A stretch of 20,000 nucleotides of DNA from Williamsia sp. 1138 (GCF_002095435.2 NZ_MJEJ02000028.1:14522-34521); one strand, 5' to 3'; positions 7,383-15,308 are shown, counted from the first letter of the stretch. A program made the numbers and translations. Notes: a model not told the origin generated them from the letters alone.

Positions 7383-8739
7383 GAACACCGCAGATCTCGG
7401 GGACCACGCTGCTCCCGGCACCCTGGAGATCCTTCCCATCACGGGCCTGCCCCGTTTCCGCAAAGGCGACGACCTCGCCGGTGCGCTGGCATCCGCGGCG
7501 AGCTGGCTGCGCGACGACGACATCCTGGTGGTGACGAGCAAGATCATCTCCAAGGTCGAAGGTCGCATGGTGCCTGCGCCGACCGACCCCGACGCCCGCG
7601 ATGCCGCCCGGCGCGCACTCGTCGACTCCGAGGCGGTCCGCGTGGTGGCCCGCAAAGGCCGGACCCTGATCACCGAGAATCGGCTCGGCATCGTGCAGGC
7701 CGCATCTGGTGTCGACGGCTCCAACGTCGACGGTGACGAGTTGGCGCTGCTGCCCGTCGATCCCGACGCGAGCGCCGCAGCGTTGCGCTCAGCGCTGCGA
7801 GAGCTCCTCTCGGTGGAGGTGGCCGTGTTGATCACCGACACGATGGGACGGGCCTGGCGAGTCGGACAGACCGACCAGACGATCGGGGCCTCTGGCATCG
7901 CCGTGACGCACCCGTACGAAGGCTCGGTCGACGAGTACGGCAACGCGCTCATCGTGACCGACATCGCGGTCGTCGATGAGCTCGCCGCCGCCGCCGATCT
8001 GGTCAAAGGCAAGCTCGGAGAGATACCGGTCGCCGTGGTGCGGGGTCTGCGCCCCCGCGAAAATGGCACCACAGCAAGGGATCTCGTCCGTCCCGGAGCT
8101 GAGGATCTGTTCTGGCTCGGAACCACAGAGGCCATCGACCTCGGTCGCAGACAAGCCCAGTTGATGCGCAGATCGGTCCGCCGTTACGCCAGGGCCCGGG
8201 TGCCGGCCGACGTCATGAACGAAGCCTTCGCCGAGGCTCTGACCGCACCTGCTCCCCACCACAGCCATCCGGTGCGGTTCGTCTGGCTCCGCGACCGCGA
8301 TCGCCGCGTGCGACTGCTCGACGCGATGTCGGCGCGCTGGCGTGCCGATCTGACCGCCGACGAAAAGTCGGCCGAGTCGATCGACAAGCGCGTGGCCAGG
8401 GGCCAATTGCTCTACGACGCACCCGAGGTGGTCATCCCGATTCTCACCTCCGACGGCCGGCACGAGTATCCTGATGCAGTCCGCAACACCGCCGAGCACA
8501 CCATGTTCACCGTCGCCGCCGGTGCAGCGGTCCAAGGGCTGCTGGTCTCGCTGGCAGTGCGTTCGGTGGGTAGCTGCTGGGTCGGTTCGACGATCTTCGC
8601 ACCGGATCTGGTCCGCAGCGAACTGCAACTACCTGCGGACTGGGAGCCTCTGGGCGCCATCGCCGTCGGATATCCCGATTCCCCCGATGACGGGCCGCGG
8701 CCGCCGGCCGAGATCGAGAACCTGGTGGTCGAGCTGTGA
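7375..8739 (+). CDS. fbiB: Bifunctional F420 gamma-glutamyl ligase / dehydro-F420-0 reductase (CofE domain + nitroreductase-like domain)
   Basis: N-terminal CofE-like segment ([18 protein letters not shown]...[13 protein letters not shown]...[13 protein letters not shown]) and C-terminal nitroreductase-fold segment (RRSVRRY...). The ATG at 7375 overlaps the fbiA stop by 8 nt (ATGAGTGA). The track alternative is 7366. Confidence 0.92.
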   Translation: MSENTADLGDHAAPGTLEILPITGLPRFRKGDDLAGALASAASWLRDDDILVVTSKIISKVEGRMVPAPTDPDARDAARRALVDSEAVRVVARKGRTLITENRLGIVQAASGVDGSNVDGDELALLPVDPDASAAALRSALRELLSVEVAVLITDTMGRAWRVGQTDQTIGASGIAVTHPYEGSVDEYGNALIVTDIAVVDELAAAADLVKGKLGEIPVAVVRGLRPRENGTTARDLVRPGAEDLFWLGTTEAIDLGRRQAQLMRRSVRRYARARVPADVMNEAFAEALTAPAPHHSHPVRFVWLRDRDRRVRLLDAMSARWRADLTADEKSAESIDKRVARGQLLYDAPEVVIPILTSDGRHEYPDAVRNTAEHTMFTVAAGAAVQGLLVSLAVRSVGSCWVGSTIFAPDLVRSELQLPADWEPLGAIAVGYPDSPDDGPRPPAEIENLVVEL

Positions 8740-9302
8740 GCGCGGAATCACTGCACCAGTCGGCCACGGAGCTGCTCACCACGTGGGCCACGTCGGATCC
8801 CCACCAGGACTCGCTGCGGCACACCGTATTGGCGTTCCTCGCAGCGGCACCCCTCGGATGTCTGCGGGCGTGCGAGGCCGGACACATCACGGCGTCGACC
8901 ATCGTGCTCAACACCGCCCGGACCCATGTCCTGCTGACGTTGCATCCGCGAGTGGGTAAGTGGATTCAGCTCGGCGGCCACTGCGAGGAGTCCGACGCCT
9001 CGATCGTCGCAGCGGCCACCCGCGAGGCGCAGGAAGAATCCGGCATCGCCGATCTGGTCGCCGAACCGCAACTGGTGCAGGTGCACACGCATCCCATCAC
9101 CTGCTCGCTGGGTATTCCGACGCGCCACCTCGATCTGCGGTTCGTCGCAGTGGCGGCAGACGGTCCCGAAGGCGCGCTGCCCGACTTCGTCCGCAGCGAG
9201 GAGTCGGTCGATCTGGCCTGGTGGCCGATCGACGCACTCCCCGAGAACACCGAAGTGCCGGCAATTCCCGACCTGATCGCCGCCGCTCTAGCACTCGCCT
9301 GA
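8736..9302 (+). CDS. NUDIX hydrolase
   Basis: Nudix box [25 protein letters not shown] (Gx5Ex7REUxEExGU). The GTG start overlaps the fbiB TGA in a GTGA junction, implying co-transcription and translational coupling with fbiAB. Confidence 0.88.
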   Translation: MSAESLHQSATELLTTWATSDPHQDSLRHTVLAFLAAAPLGCLRACEAGHITASTIVLNTARTHVLLTLHPRVGKWIQLGGHCEESDASIVAAATREAQEESGIADLVAEPQLVQVHTHPITCSLGIPTRHLDLRFVAVAADGPEGALPDFVRSEESVDLAWWPIDALPENTEVPAIPDLIAAALALA

Positions 9303-9312
9303 CGGCGCAATC

Positions 9313-9413
9313 AGGGCACGCTCAACGGTCGAAAGGGCACGCTCAACGGTCAGAAGGGCACGCTCGACGGTCGAAAGGGCACGCTCGGCGCTCGAAAGGG
9401 CACGCTCGACGGA
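9313..9413. repeat. Tandem direct repeat, 21-bp unit x about 4.8 (AGGGCACGCTCrACGGTCGAA)
   Basis: The units start at 9313, 9334, 9355, 9376 and 9397, read directly. Copies differ at 1-4 positions and the last is truncated. Confidence 0.95.
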
Positions 9414-9459
9414 AGGCCACCTGGGGGCGGTGAGTAGGACGAACGCGCCCCGCCCGCGT

Positions 9460-9540
9460 GCGGCCCGCGTGTTCTGGACGAGGGAGCGAGGGAGCGCAGC
9501 GACTGAGTCGACTGAGGAAGAGCACGCGATAAAGGGCCGC
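9460..9540. repeat. Nested inverted repeat enclosing short direct repeats
   Basis: GCGGCCC (9460-9466) pairs with GGGCCGC (9534-9540), and GCGTG (9467-9471) pairs with CACGC (9523-9527). The enclosed segment carries GAGGGAGC x2 (9483-9498) and CGACTGAG x2 (about 9500-9516). Whether this is a stable RNA or DNA structure is untested. Confidence 0.45.
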
Positions 9541-9613
9541 ACGCCCCGCGTAGCGAAGCGGAGCGAAAAAACACAGCGGCGACCCGACTACGAAACTAGA
9601 CCACGCCGACCCG

Positions 9614-10831
9614 TTAGACCCTGACACCCTTACCGATGGCAACGACGCCGCCACTGCTGATGGCGAAGCGTTCTCGGTCGCGTTCCTCGTCGACTCCGAT
9701 GATCTGACCGGGAGATATCACGACGTTCTTGTCCAGGATCGCTTTGCGTACGACGGCGCCTTTGCCGATCCGGACGCCGGGCATCAGGACGCTGCCCTCG
9801 ACGGTGGCGCCTTCTTCGATCATCACGTTCGAGGAGAGCACGGAGTTGCGGACGGTTGCTGCGGAGACGATGCTTCCCGAGCCGACCATGGACTCCTGTG
9901 CCAGGCCGCCTTTGACGAACTTCGCCGGGGCCACCAGGTAGTCGGCGGACCCGTGGATCGGCCAGCGGCGGTTGTAGAGGTTGAAGATCGGGTGCACCGA
10001 CACCAGGTCCATATGGGCGTCGTAGAAGGCGTCGAGGGTTCCGACGTCTCGCCAGTACCCGCGGTCACGGTCCGTGGCACCCGGGACCTGGTTGTCCTTG
10101 AAGTCGTAGACGAATGCCTGATTGCGCTCGACGAAGGCCGGGATGATGTCGCCGCCCATGTCGTGGTCGGAGTCGGGATTGTCGGCATCGGCCTTGATCG
10201 CGGCCACCAGAGCGTCTGCGGTGAACACGTAGTTGCCCATGGACGCGAATGTCGCGTTCGGGTCGTCCGGGGTGCCCGGCGGGTCGGCGGGCTTCTCGAG
10301 GAACTGGGTGATGCGGCCACTGTCGTCGGAGTCGATGCAGCCGAAGGCGGTGGCCTCCTCCCGTGGAACGCGGATACCCGCGACGGTGCATTCGGCACCG
10401 GAGGCGATGTGCGCTTCGACCATCTGCTCCGGGTCCATCCGGTAGACGTGGTCGGCGCCGAACACGACGATGTACTCGGGTTCTTCGTCGTAGACGAGGT
10501 TCAGCGACTGGAAGATCGCGTCGGCGCTACCGGTGTACCAGCGCGGGCCCAGGCGCTGTTGCGCGGGGACGGGGGTGATGTACTCGCCGTTGAAACCGGA
10601 CGGCCGCCACGTCTGCGAGATGTGCCTGTCGAGTGAGTGCGACTTGTACTGGGTGAGTACACACAGGCGCGAGTAACCGGCGTTGACCAGGTTGCTCAGT
10701 ACGAAGTCGATCAGTCGGTATCCACCACCAAACGGAACCGCAGGTTTGGCACGGTCCATCGTCAAGGGAAAGAGTCGTTTTCCCTCGCCGCCGGCGAGGA
10801 CTATCCCGAGCACGTGGCGCTGTGAAATCAC
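9614..10831 (-). CDS. glgC: Glucose-1-phosphate adenylyltransferase (ADP-glucose pyrophosphorylase)
   Basis: [30 protein letters not shown]...[16 protein letters not shown]...WYTGSADAI...[10 protein letters not shown], plus a C-terminal left-handed beta-helix. GTG start; the N-terminal length matches Rv1213. Confidence 0.96.
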   Translation of the reverse strand: MISQRHVLGIVLAGGEGKRLFPLTMDRAKPAVPFGGGYRLIDFVLSNLVNAGYSRLCVLTQYKSHSLDRHISQTWRPSGFNGEYITPVPAQQRLGPRWYTGSADAIFQSLNLVYDEEPEYIVVFGADHVYRMDPEQMVEAHIASGAECTVAGIRVPREEATAFGCIDSDDSGRITQFLEKPADPPGTPDDPNATFASMGNYVFTADALVAAIKADADNPDSDHDMGGDIIPAFVERNQAFVYDFKDNQVPGATDRDRGYWRDVGTLDAFYDAHMDLVSVHPIFNLYNRRWPIHGSADYLVAPAKFVKGGLAQESMVGSGSIVSAATVRNSVLSSNVMIEEGATVEGSVLMPGVRIGKGAVVRKAILDKNVVISPGQIIGVDEERDRERFAISSGGVVAIGKGVRV

Positions 10832-10984
10832 CCCTTAAACCTATCCGGCATCCGACGTCGCGGCCATAGGACCGGCCGATCCATCGAAATCGCTTGCCAC
10901 GTCGGAACAATTCTTTGAGATTGTGTCGAGGCAATTTTGCCGCGCACTTGGCGCCGACACCACCGGCCCACTAGCGTTTGGAGT

Positions 10985-12157
10985 ATGCGCGTGGCAATGA
11001 TGACCAGGGAATATCCGCCCGAGGTGTACGGCGGCGCCGGCGTACACGTCACCGAATTGGTCGCTCACCTGCGTCAGCTCGCCACGGTGGACGTGCATTG
11101 CATGGGTGCTCCCCGCGAGGACGCACACGTCTACGGGGTGGACCCGGAACTCGTCGGCGCCAACCCCGCGATCACGACGCTGTCGTCGGATCTGCGGATG
11201 GCCGTCGCGGCCGAGGGCGCCCAGGTGGCTCATTCACACACTTGGTACACCGGGATGGCCGGTCATCTCGCGGGGCAGCTGCACGGTATACCCCATGTCC
11301 TGACCGCACATTCACTCGAGCCCCGCAGGCCGTGGAAGGCCGAGCAGCTCGGCGGCGGGTACCGGGTGTCGAGCTGGGTGGAGAAGAACGCCGTCGAGTA
11401 CGCCGACGCGGTGATCGCCGTCAGCTCGGGCATGCGGATCGATGTCTGCGACGCCTATCCCCGCCTGGACCCCGACAAGGTCCACGTGGTTCGCAACGGC
11501 ATCGACACCGTGAAGTGGCGGCCCTCGAAGGCGCCCGACGAGGCGACGTCGGTGTTGCGCGAGATCGGCGTCGACCCTGATCGCCCGATCGCGGTGTTCG
11601 TCGGCCGGATCACGCGGCAGAAGGGCGTTCGTCACCTCGTCGCCGCAGCCCATCACATGGATCCCGAGCTACAGCTCGTCCTGTGCGCCGGAGCTCCGGA
11701 CACCCCGGAGATCGGGGCCGAGATCGCTGAGGCGGTCGACCGACTCTCCAGTGCCCGCGACGGTGTCTTCTGGGTGCGTGAGATGCTCCCCCTGGAAAAG
11801 ATCCGCGAAATACTCTCGGCTGCAGACGTTTTTGTCTGCCCGTCCATCTACGAGCCGCTCGGCATCGTCAATCTCGAGGCAATGGCCTGCGGGACGGCGG
11901 TCGTCGCCTCGGACGTGGGCGGCATACCCGAGGTGGTTCGCGACGAGGTCACCGGGCTCCTGGTGCACTACGACGAAGACAAGACCGACGACTTCGAACG
12001 CGACCTCGCGACGGCGGTCAACCGGGTCGTCGCCGACCCCACACTGGCCACCGCCATGGGCGTCGCCGGGCGAGAACGTGCGATTGCCGAGTTCTCGTGG
12101 GATTCCATCGCCGAACAGACCATGAAGATCTACGAGTCGGTCACCGAATCGGGTTGA
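10985..12157 (+). CDS. glgA: GT4 ADP-glucose-dependent glucosyltransferase (annotated as glycogen synthase GlgA; the M. tuberculosis orthologue Rv1212c was reassigned as maltose-1-phosphate synthase GlgM)
   Basis: MRVAMMTREYPPEVYGGAGVHV...AHSHTWY...FVGRITRQKG...PSIYEPLGIVNLEAMACGTAVVASDVGGIPEVV (E-x7-E GT4 motif). The track start 10937 is over-extended. The ATG at 10985 reproduces the Rv1212c N-terminus. Confidence 0.93.
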   Translation: MRVAMMTREYPPEVYGGAGVHVTELVAHLRQLATVDVHCMGAPREDAHVYGVDPELVGANPAITTLSSDLRMAVAAEGAQVAHSHTWYTGMAGHLAGQLHGIPHVLTAHSLEPRRPWKAEQLGGGYRVSSWVEKNAVEYADAVIAVSSGMRIDVCDAYPRLDPDKVHVVRNGIDTVKWRPSKAPDEATSVLREIGVDPDRPIAVFVGRITRQKGVRHLVAAAHHMDPELQLVLCAGAPDTPEIGAEIAEAVDRLSSARDGVFWVREMLPLEKIREILSAADVFVCPSIYEPLGIVNLEAMACGTAVVASDVGGIPEVVRDEVTGLLVHYDEDKTDDFERDLATAVNRVVADPTLATAMGVAGRERAIAEFSWDSIAEQTMKIYESVTESG

Positions 12158-12966
12158 TACACCGCGGCCGTGACCGATACCGTGACCGTCATCGGGTCGG
12201 CGTGACCGGTCAACCGTGAGGTCACATCTTGTTCGGTCAGGTGGAATGCCGACGGGCCCATCAGCACCACGTCGACAACCTGGTTGTGGGACAACGTGAT
12301 CGGATATTCCAGTAACGATCGTGCGGTACGGGTGAAGTGACCGGCCATGCTGTTCCCGATCCGCACCGACTTGTCCTTGTCCACGCCGATCATCCCGACG
12401 GCTCCGACGATCTCCGTCAGGTGGCGCGGCGTGGGAGACACCACCACCAGTCGCCCGCCGGGGGCGAGGACACGGGCGAACTCGGCCACGTTACGCGGCG
12501 AGAAAACAGACAACGCAACGTCGATCACGCCGTCGGCGATCGGTAATGGTTGCCAGGCGTCGGCGACGATCGCACCGATCGGGCCTTCGAGTCGACTGAT
12601 CTGCCTCGCGGCGAGCTTGGAAAGGTCTACCCCTACCCCGCGCCCACCGCCGTGGCGCACCGCGGCAGCGAGGTAATGCCCGGTGCCCGCGCCGACGTCG
12701 AGGACGGTGGCCCCGTCTGCACACTCGGCGCCGACCGCGCGCAGGATGGGGTCGAAGAATCCGCCGTCGAGGAATCGCGTACGGGCGGCGAGCATTTCGG
12801 TGGTATCCGAGTGAAAACTGTTGCCGGCGCCGCCCAACAGGGTGACATACCCCTGCCTGGCCAGGTCGAAGTTATGCCCCTGGCCACACCAGAGCGTGCG
12901 ATCAGCAAGCTCCAACGGGGCCCGGCACACCGGACAACACAACAGATCGACCACTGCGGAAAGCAC
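12130..12966 (-). CDS. SAM-dependent methyltransferase with an N-terminal Zn-ribbon, RlmA/RrmA-like (23S rRNA guanine-N1 methyltransferase family)
   Basis: CPVCRAPL...WCGQGHNFDLARQGYVTLL Zn-ribbon, plus SAM motif I VLDVGAGTGHY. The GTG start has AAGGAG 9 nt upstream. The 3' end overlaps the glgA 3' end by 28 nt (convergent). Confidence 0.8.
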   Translation of the reverse strand: MLSAVVDLLCCPVCRAPLELADRTLWCGQGHNFDLARQGYVTLLGGAGNSFHSDTTEMLAARTRFLDGGFFDPILRAVGAECADGATVLDVGAGTGHYLAAAVRHGGGRGVGVDLSKLAARQISRLEGPIGAIVADAWQPLPIADGVIDVALSVFSPRNVAEFARVLAPGGRLVVVSPTPRHLTEIVGAVGMIGVDKDKSVRIGNSMAGHFTRTARSLLEYPITLSHNQVVDVVLMGPSAFHLTEQDVTSRLTGHADPMTVTVSVTAAVYQPDSVTDS

Positions 12967-13000
12967 GGTCGATCGTCTCCTTCTTGTTGATCTGACTCCG

Positions 13001-13174
13001 CTACGAGGCGGTGGTCACCCCACGCAATTCCTCACCCAGTGCAGCTGCCTCATCGGCCGTCAGCTCGACTACCAGTCGGCCGCCGCCCTCGATAGGTATG
13101 CGCACGACGATTCCTCGCCCTTCCTTGGCTGCTTCAAGGGGACCGTCCCCGGTCCGTGGCTTCATCGCCGCCAT
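13001..13174 (-). CDS. Small conserved actinobacterial protein, DUF3117 family (57 aa)
   Basis: Absent from the ORF track, presumably because it falls below the length cutoff. My translation reads MAAMKPRTGDGPLEAAKEGRGIVVRIPIEGGGRLVVELTADEAAALGEELRGVTTAS*. This is nearly identical to the widely conserved MAAMKPRTGDGPLE...GGGRLVVEL...DEAAALG protein of Actinobacteria. The SD GAAGGGAG lies 5 nt upstream of the ATG. Confidence 0.85.
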   Translation of the reverse strand: MAAMKPRTGDGPLEAAKEGRGIVVRIPIEGGGRLVVELTADEAAALGEELRGVTTAS

Positions 13175-13307
13175 CTCTGCTCCCTTCAGATTCGCTGCCG
13201 CAGTCGGCGTCGAAGTCTGATCTTATTAGGTTGGTGCCATCAATCGTTGGACACCGCGCGGTTCGCATTGCTTTGATTCGGATTCCATACTACGGACCCG
13301 GCTCAGG

Positions 13308-13628
13308 TTATTCTGCCTCTTGCGCTGGGCTTTCGATCTCGTCCCGCGCCTGCAGGTCGTGCAGGGCGGTCCGTAATTCGTCGATCTCGCGTGCCAACTT
13401 CTCGAGCGCCCAGTCCACCTCACCGGCCTTGTAACCCCGGGTCACCTGTGCGAAGCGAAGTCCTCGGACGTCGTCGCCGGTGATACCCGCCCTTGGCAGC
13501 CGCGTCAGTGTCGTCCCTTTTTCCAGCGGTGGCAGATCCTCCGAGCGTCCGAAAACCCGCCAGACCACCGCAAACACGACCCCGATCACCGCCACCATGA
13601 TCACCAGGTACAGAAGTAGAGTCAGCAC
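13308..13628 (-). CDS. DivIVA-domain-containing membrane-anchored protein
   Basis: N-terminal TM helix (LTLLLYLVIMVAVIGVVFAVVW), followed by FAQVTRGYKAGEVDWALEKLAREIDELR, which is the short DivIVA N-terminal motif (F..xxRGY..xEVD.xL). GTG start. Confidence 0.75.
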   Translation of the reverse strand: MLTLLLYLVIMVAVIGVVFAVVWRVFGRSEDLPPLEKGTTLTRLPRAGITGDDVRGLRFAQVTRGYKAGEVDWALEKLAREIDELRTALHDLQARDEIESPAQEAE

Positions 13629-13683
13629 CCGACCACTATCCCACGATGGGCGCTCGCGAGTGTCAGCTCATTGTCGCGAAGCG

Positions 13684-14424
13684 TCAGCTCCCGTTCACGA
13701 CCTCGGCATCCTCGAATGTCATCTCGATCTTCCCCACGGAGGACGTCATCAGTGCGTGGCGTGAGAGCCCGAACCTCCGCAGCTCATCGGCGATGGGATG
13801 TGAGCCCAACTGCAACTGCGCACCGCCGAGTCGGGTGCGGGTGTCCGCCGTGTTGTTCAGCACCCAGGGAGTCTCGCGGGTGACCCCGTCGAGGTGCGAA
13901 TACGCCCGCAGGACCGCCGACGCGGGTGAATCGGGCACTTTGACACCCGGTCGCACGGTCAGCGCGGCGATCATCTGACCGCCCTCGCTGACGACACCAC
14001 GTTTGGTCCGGCTCTGGTGATCGACGTCGAAGTCGGCGAGCGTCTTGGGGAATCCCCAGATCCCGCGCCCTGCCGCGAGCGTGAACTCACCGTCGACCGG
14101 CAACCGGTGTACCAACGCCCTGGCCTGTCCGCCGGCGAGGTCCTTGAGGTTGCGCACCATCGACTGCCCGGGCCGTTCGCGGTCGGCGACCAGCACACAG
14201 ACGCCGAACTCGTTGTAGGGGCCGAGATCACCGTCGACGTAGTCGACGAAGACGAGCATGCACATCGCCCGGCCCGGCCTGATGCGCAGGACTTCCAGGC
14301 CGGTGTCGTCGATGGCGGCCTGGACGGCACTCGCCGATGCCGTGAACCCGGCGACGAAGCAGCTGGCGTGCCGGATCCGAACCGGCATCTCGACCGCGGT
14401 GCCCAGCACGTCGTGGGCGGTCAC
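13684..14424 (-). CDS. Acetoacetate decarboxylase (ADC)-like family protein
   Basis: 246 aa. VFVDYVDGDLGPYNEFGVCVLV and AAGRGIWGFPK resemble the conserved ADC-family core (..Y.....GPY.E..., G.E.WG.PK). The GTG start overlaps the SDR stop (GTGA). The family assignment is from memory of motifs, not from a search. Confidence 0.6.
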   Translation of the reverse strand: MTAHDVLGTAVEMPVRIRHASCFVAGFTASASAVQAAIDDTGLEVLRIRPGRAMCMLVFVDYVDGDLGPYNEFGVCVLVADRERPGQSMVRNLKDLAGGQARALVHRLPVDGEFTLAAGRGIWGFPKTLADFDVDHQSRTKRGVVSEGGQMIAALTVRPGVKVPDSPASAVLRAYSHLDGVTRETPWVLNNTADTRTRLGGAQLQLGSHPIADELRRFGLSRHALMTSSVGKIEMTFEDAEVVNGS

Positions 14425-15293
14425 GATGCCGCCACCTCGTCGGAGGTCTGTCCGTCCGGGACGGCCACCACACCGCGCAGCCCTTCCGCACCGAACAGCG
14501 GTTCGAGCATCGAACTGAAATCCGGTCCGCGACGCAGCATCTGACCACCGTCGACGTTGATCACCTGTCCGGTGATCCAGGTGGACTCCTCGCCGAGCAG
14601 GAACAGCGCCAGGCCCGCGATGTCCTCGACCTCTCCGACTCTTTGCAGCGGTGTGCTGACCCGGTAGTCCTCGCTCAGCGCGGGATCCTGGGTGATCATC
14701 CCGACGAGTTCGGTGCGGGTCAGCCCCGGCCGGATGCCGTTGACACGAACATTGCTCGCGCCCAGCTCATCTGCGGCCAATGCCACCAGATGGTCGACCC
14801 CGGATTTCGTGACGCCGTAAGCGCCGAACCACCGGTGGGTGTTGCTGGCCGCGATGGACGAGATGGCGACGATCGCGCCGCCGCCACCGCGAACGAGCTC
14901 TCGTGCACCGTGTTTGATCGTGAACATGGTGCCGTTGAGATTGAGGTCCAAGGTCCGCTTCCAGGCCTCGGTGTCCATCTGGGTGATCGGCCCGATCGTC
15001 TCGCTGCCGCCCGCGCAGGCGACGATGCCGTCGAGCCGGCCGGTGCGCGCGGTGGCCACCGCGATCGCCTTCGCAACCTGATCCTCGTCGGTGATGTCGG
15101 CGGCATGCCCCAGCACCGATGTCCCGCCGGCCGCGGCGTTGAGCTTCTCGGCGACCGCATCCAGCCGCTCGGCATTGCGTCCCAGGATGGTGACCTGGGC
15201 ACCACGTTCGGCGAGCAGCGCAGCAATCCCCTCACCGATTCCGCTGCCACCTCCGGTGACCAGAACTGATTTCCCCGACATCGAACCCGACAT
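14421..15293 (-). CDS. Short-chain dehydrogenase/reductase (classical SDR)
   Basis: TGGGSGIGEGIA (TGxxxGxG), CAGG (NAG-like), S...YGVTKSGVDHL (YxxxK), and PG motif IRPGLTRT. The track start is TTG 15299. I prefer ATG 15293, which has GGGAG 6 nt upstream. Confidence 0.9.
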   Translation of the reverse strand: MSGSMSGKSVLVTGGGSGIGEGIAALLAERGAQVTILGRNAERLDAVAEKLNAAAGGTSVLGHAADITDEDQVAKAIAVATARTGRLDGIVACAGGSETIGPITQMDTEAWKRTLDLNLNGTMFTIKHGARELVRGGGGAIVAISSIAASNTHRWFGAYGVTKSGVDHLVALAADELGASNVRVNGIRPGLTRTELVGMITQDPALSEDYRVSTPLQRVGEVEDIAGLALFLLGEESTWITGQVINVDGGQMLRRGPDFSSMLEPLFGAEGLRGVVAVPDGQTSDEVAAS

Positions 15294-15308
15294 TGACAAC
15301 TCCCGTAG

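Noticed and set aside
6408-8135. 575-aa ORF on the minus strand spanning fbiA/fbiB, the longest ORF in that region
   Set aside because: It is antisense to two genes with unambiguous CofD/CofE homology. Its translation is low-complexity and rich in Arg, Ala, Ser and Pro with no recognisable motif. This is the classic high-GC shadow frame. The same reasoning applies to 168..722(+), 1169..1951(+), 2391..3404(+), 9953..10636(+), 15643..16710(+), 16707..17429(+), 18196..19161(+) and similar ORFs.
9313-9413. CRISPR array
   Set aside because: The repeats are directly abutting with no unique spacers, the unit is only 21 bp, and no cas genes are nearby. It is a tandem minisatellite, not a CRISPR array.
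8960-9433. 157-aa ORF (+) whose tail reads ...HAQRSKGHAQRSEGHARRSKGHARRSKGHARRK through the tandem repeat
   Set aside because: Most of it lies inside the NUDIX gene in another frame, and it is Arg-rich shadow sequence. Only the repeat gives it apparent structure.
9566-9571. T6 run (minus strand) as a canonical intrinsic terminator of glgC
   Set aside because: I could not find a stable GC-rich hairpin immediately upstream of the T-run: the best is a 5-bp stem with a loop of about 22 nt. It is mentioned in a finding but not called as a terminator.
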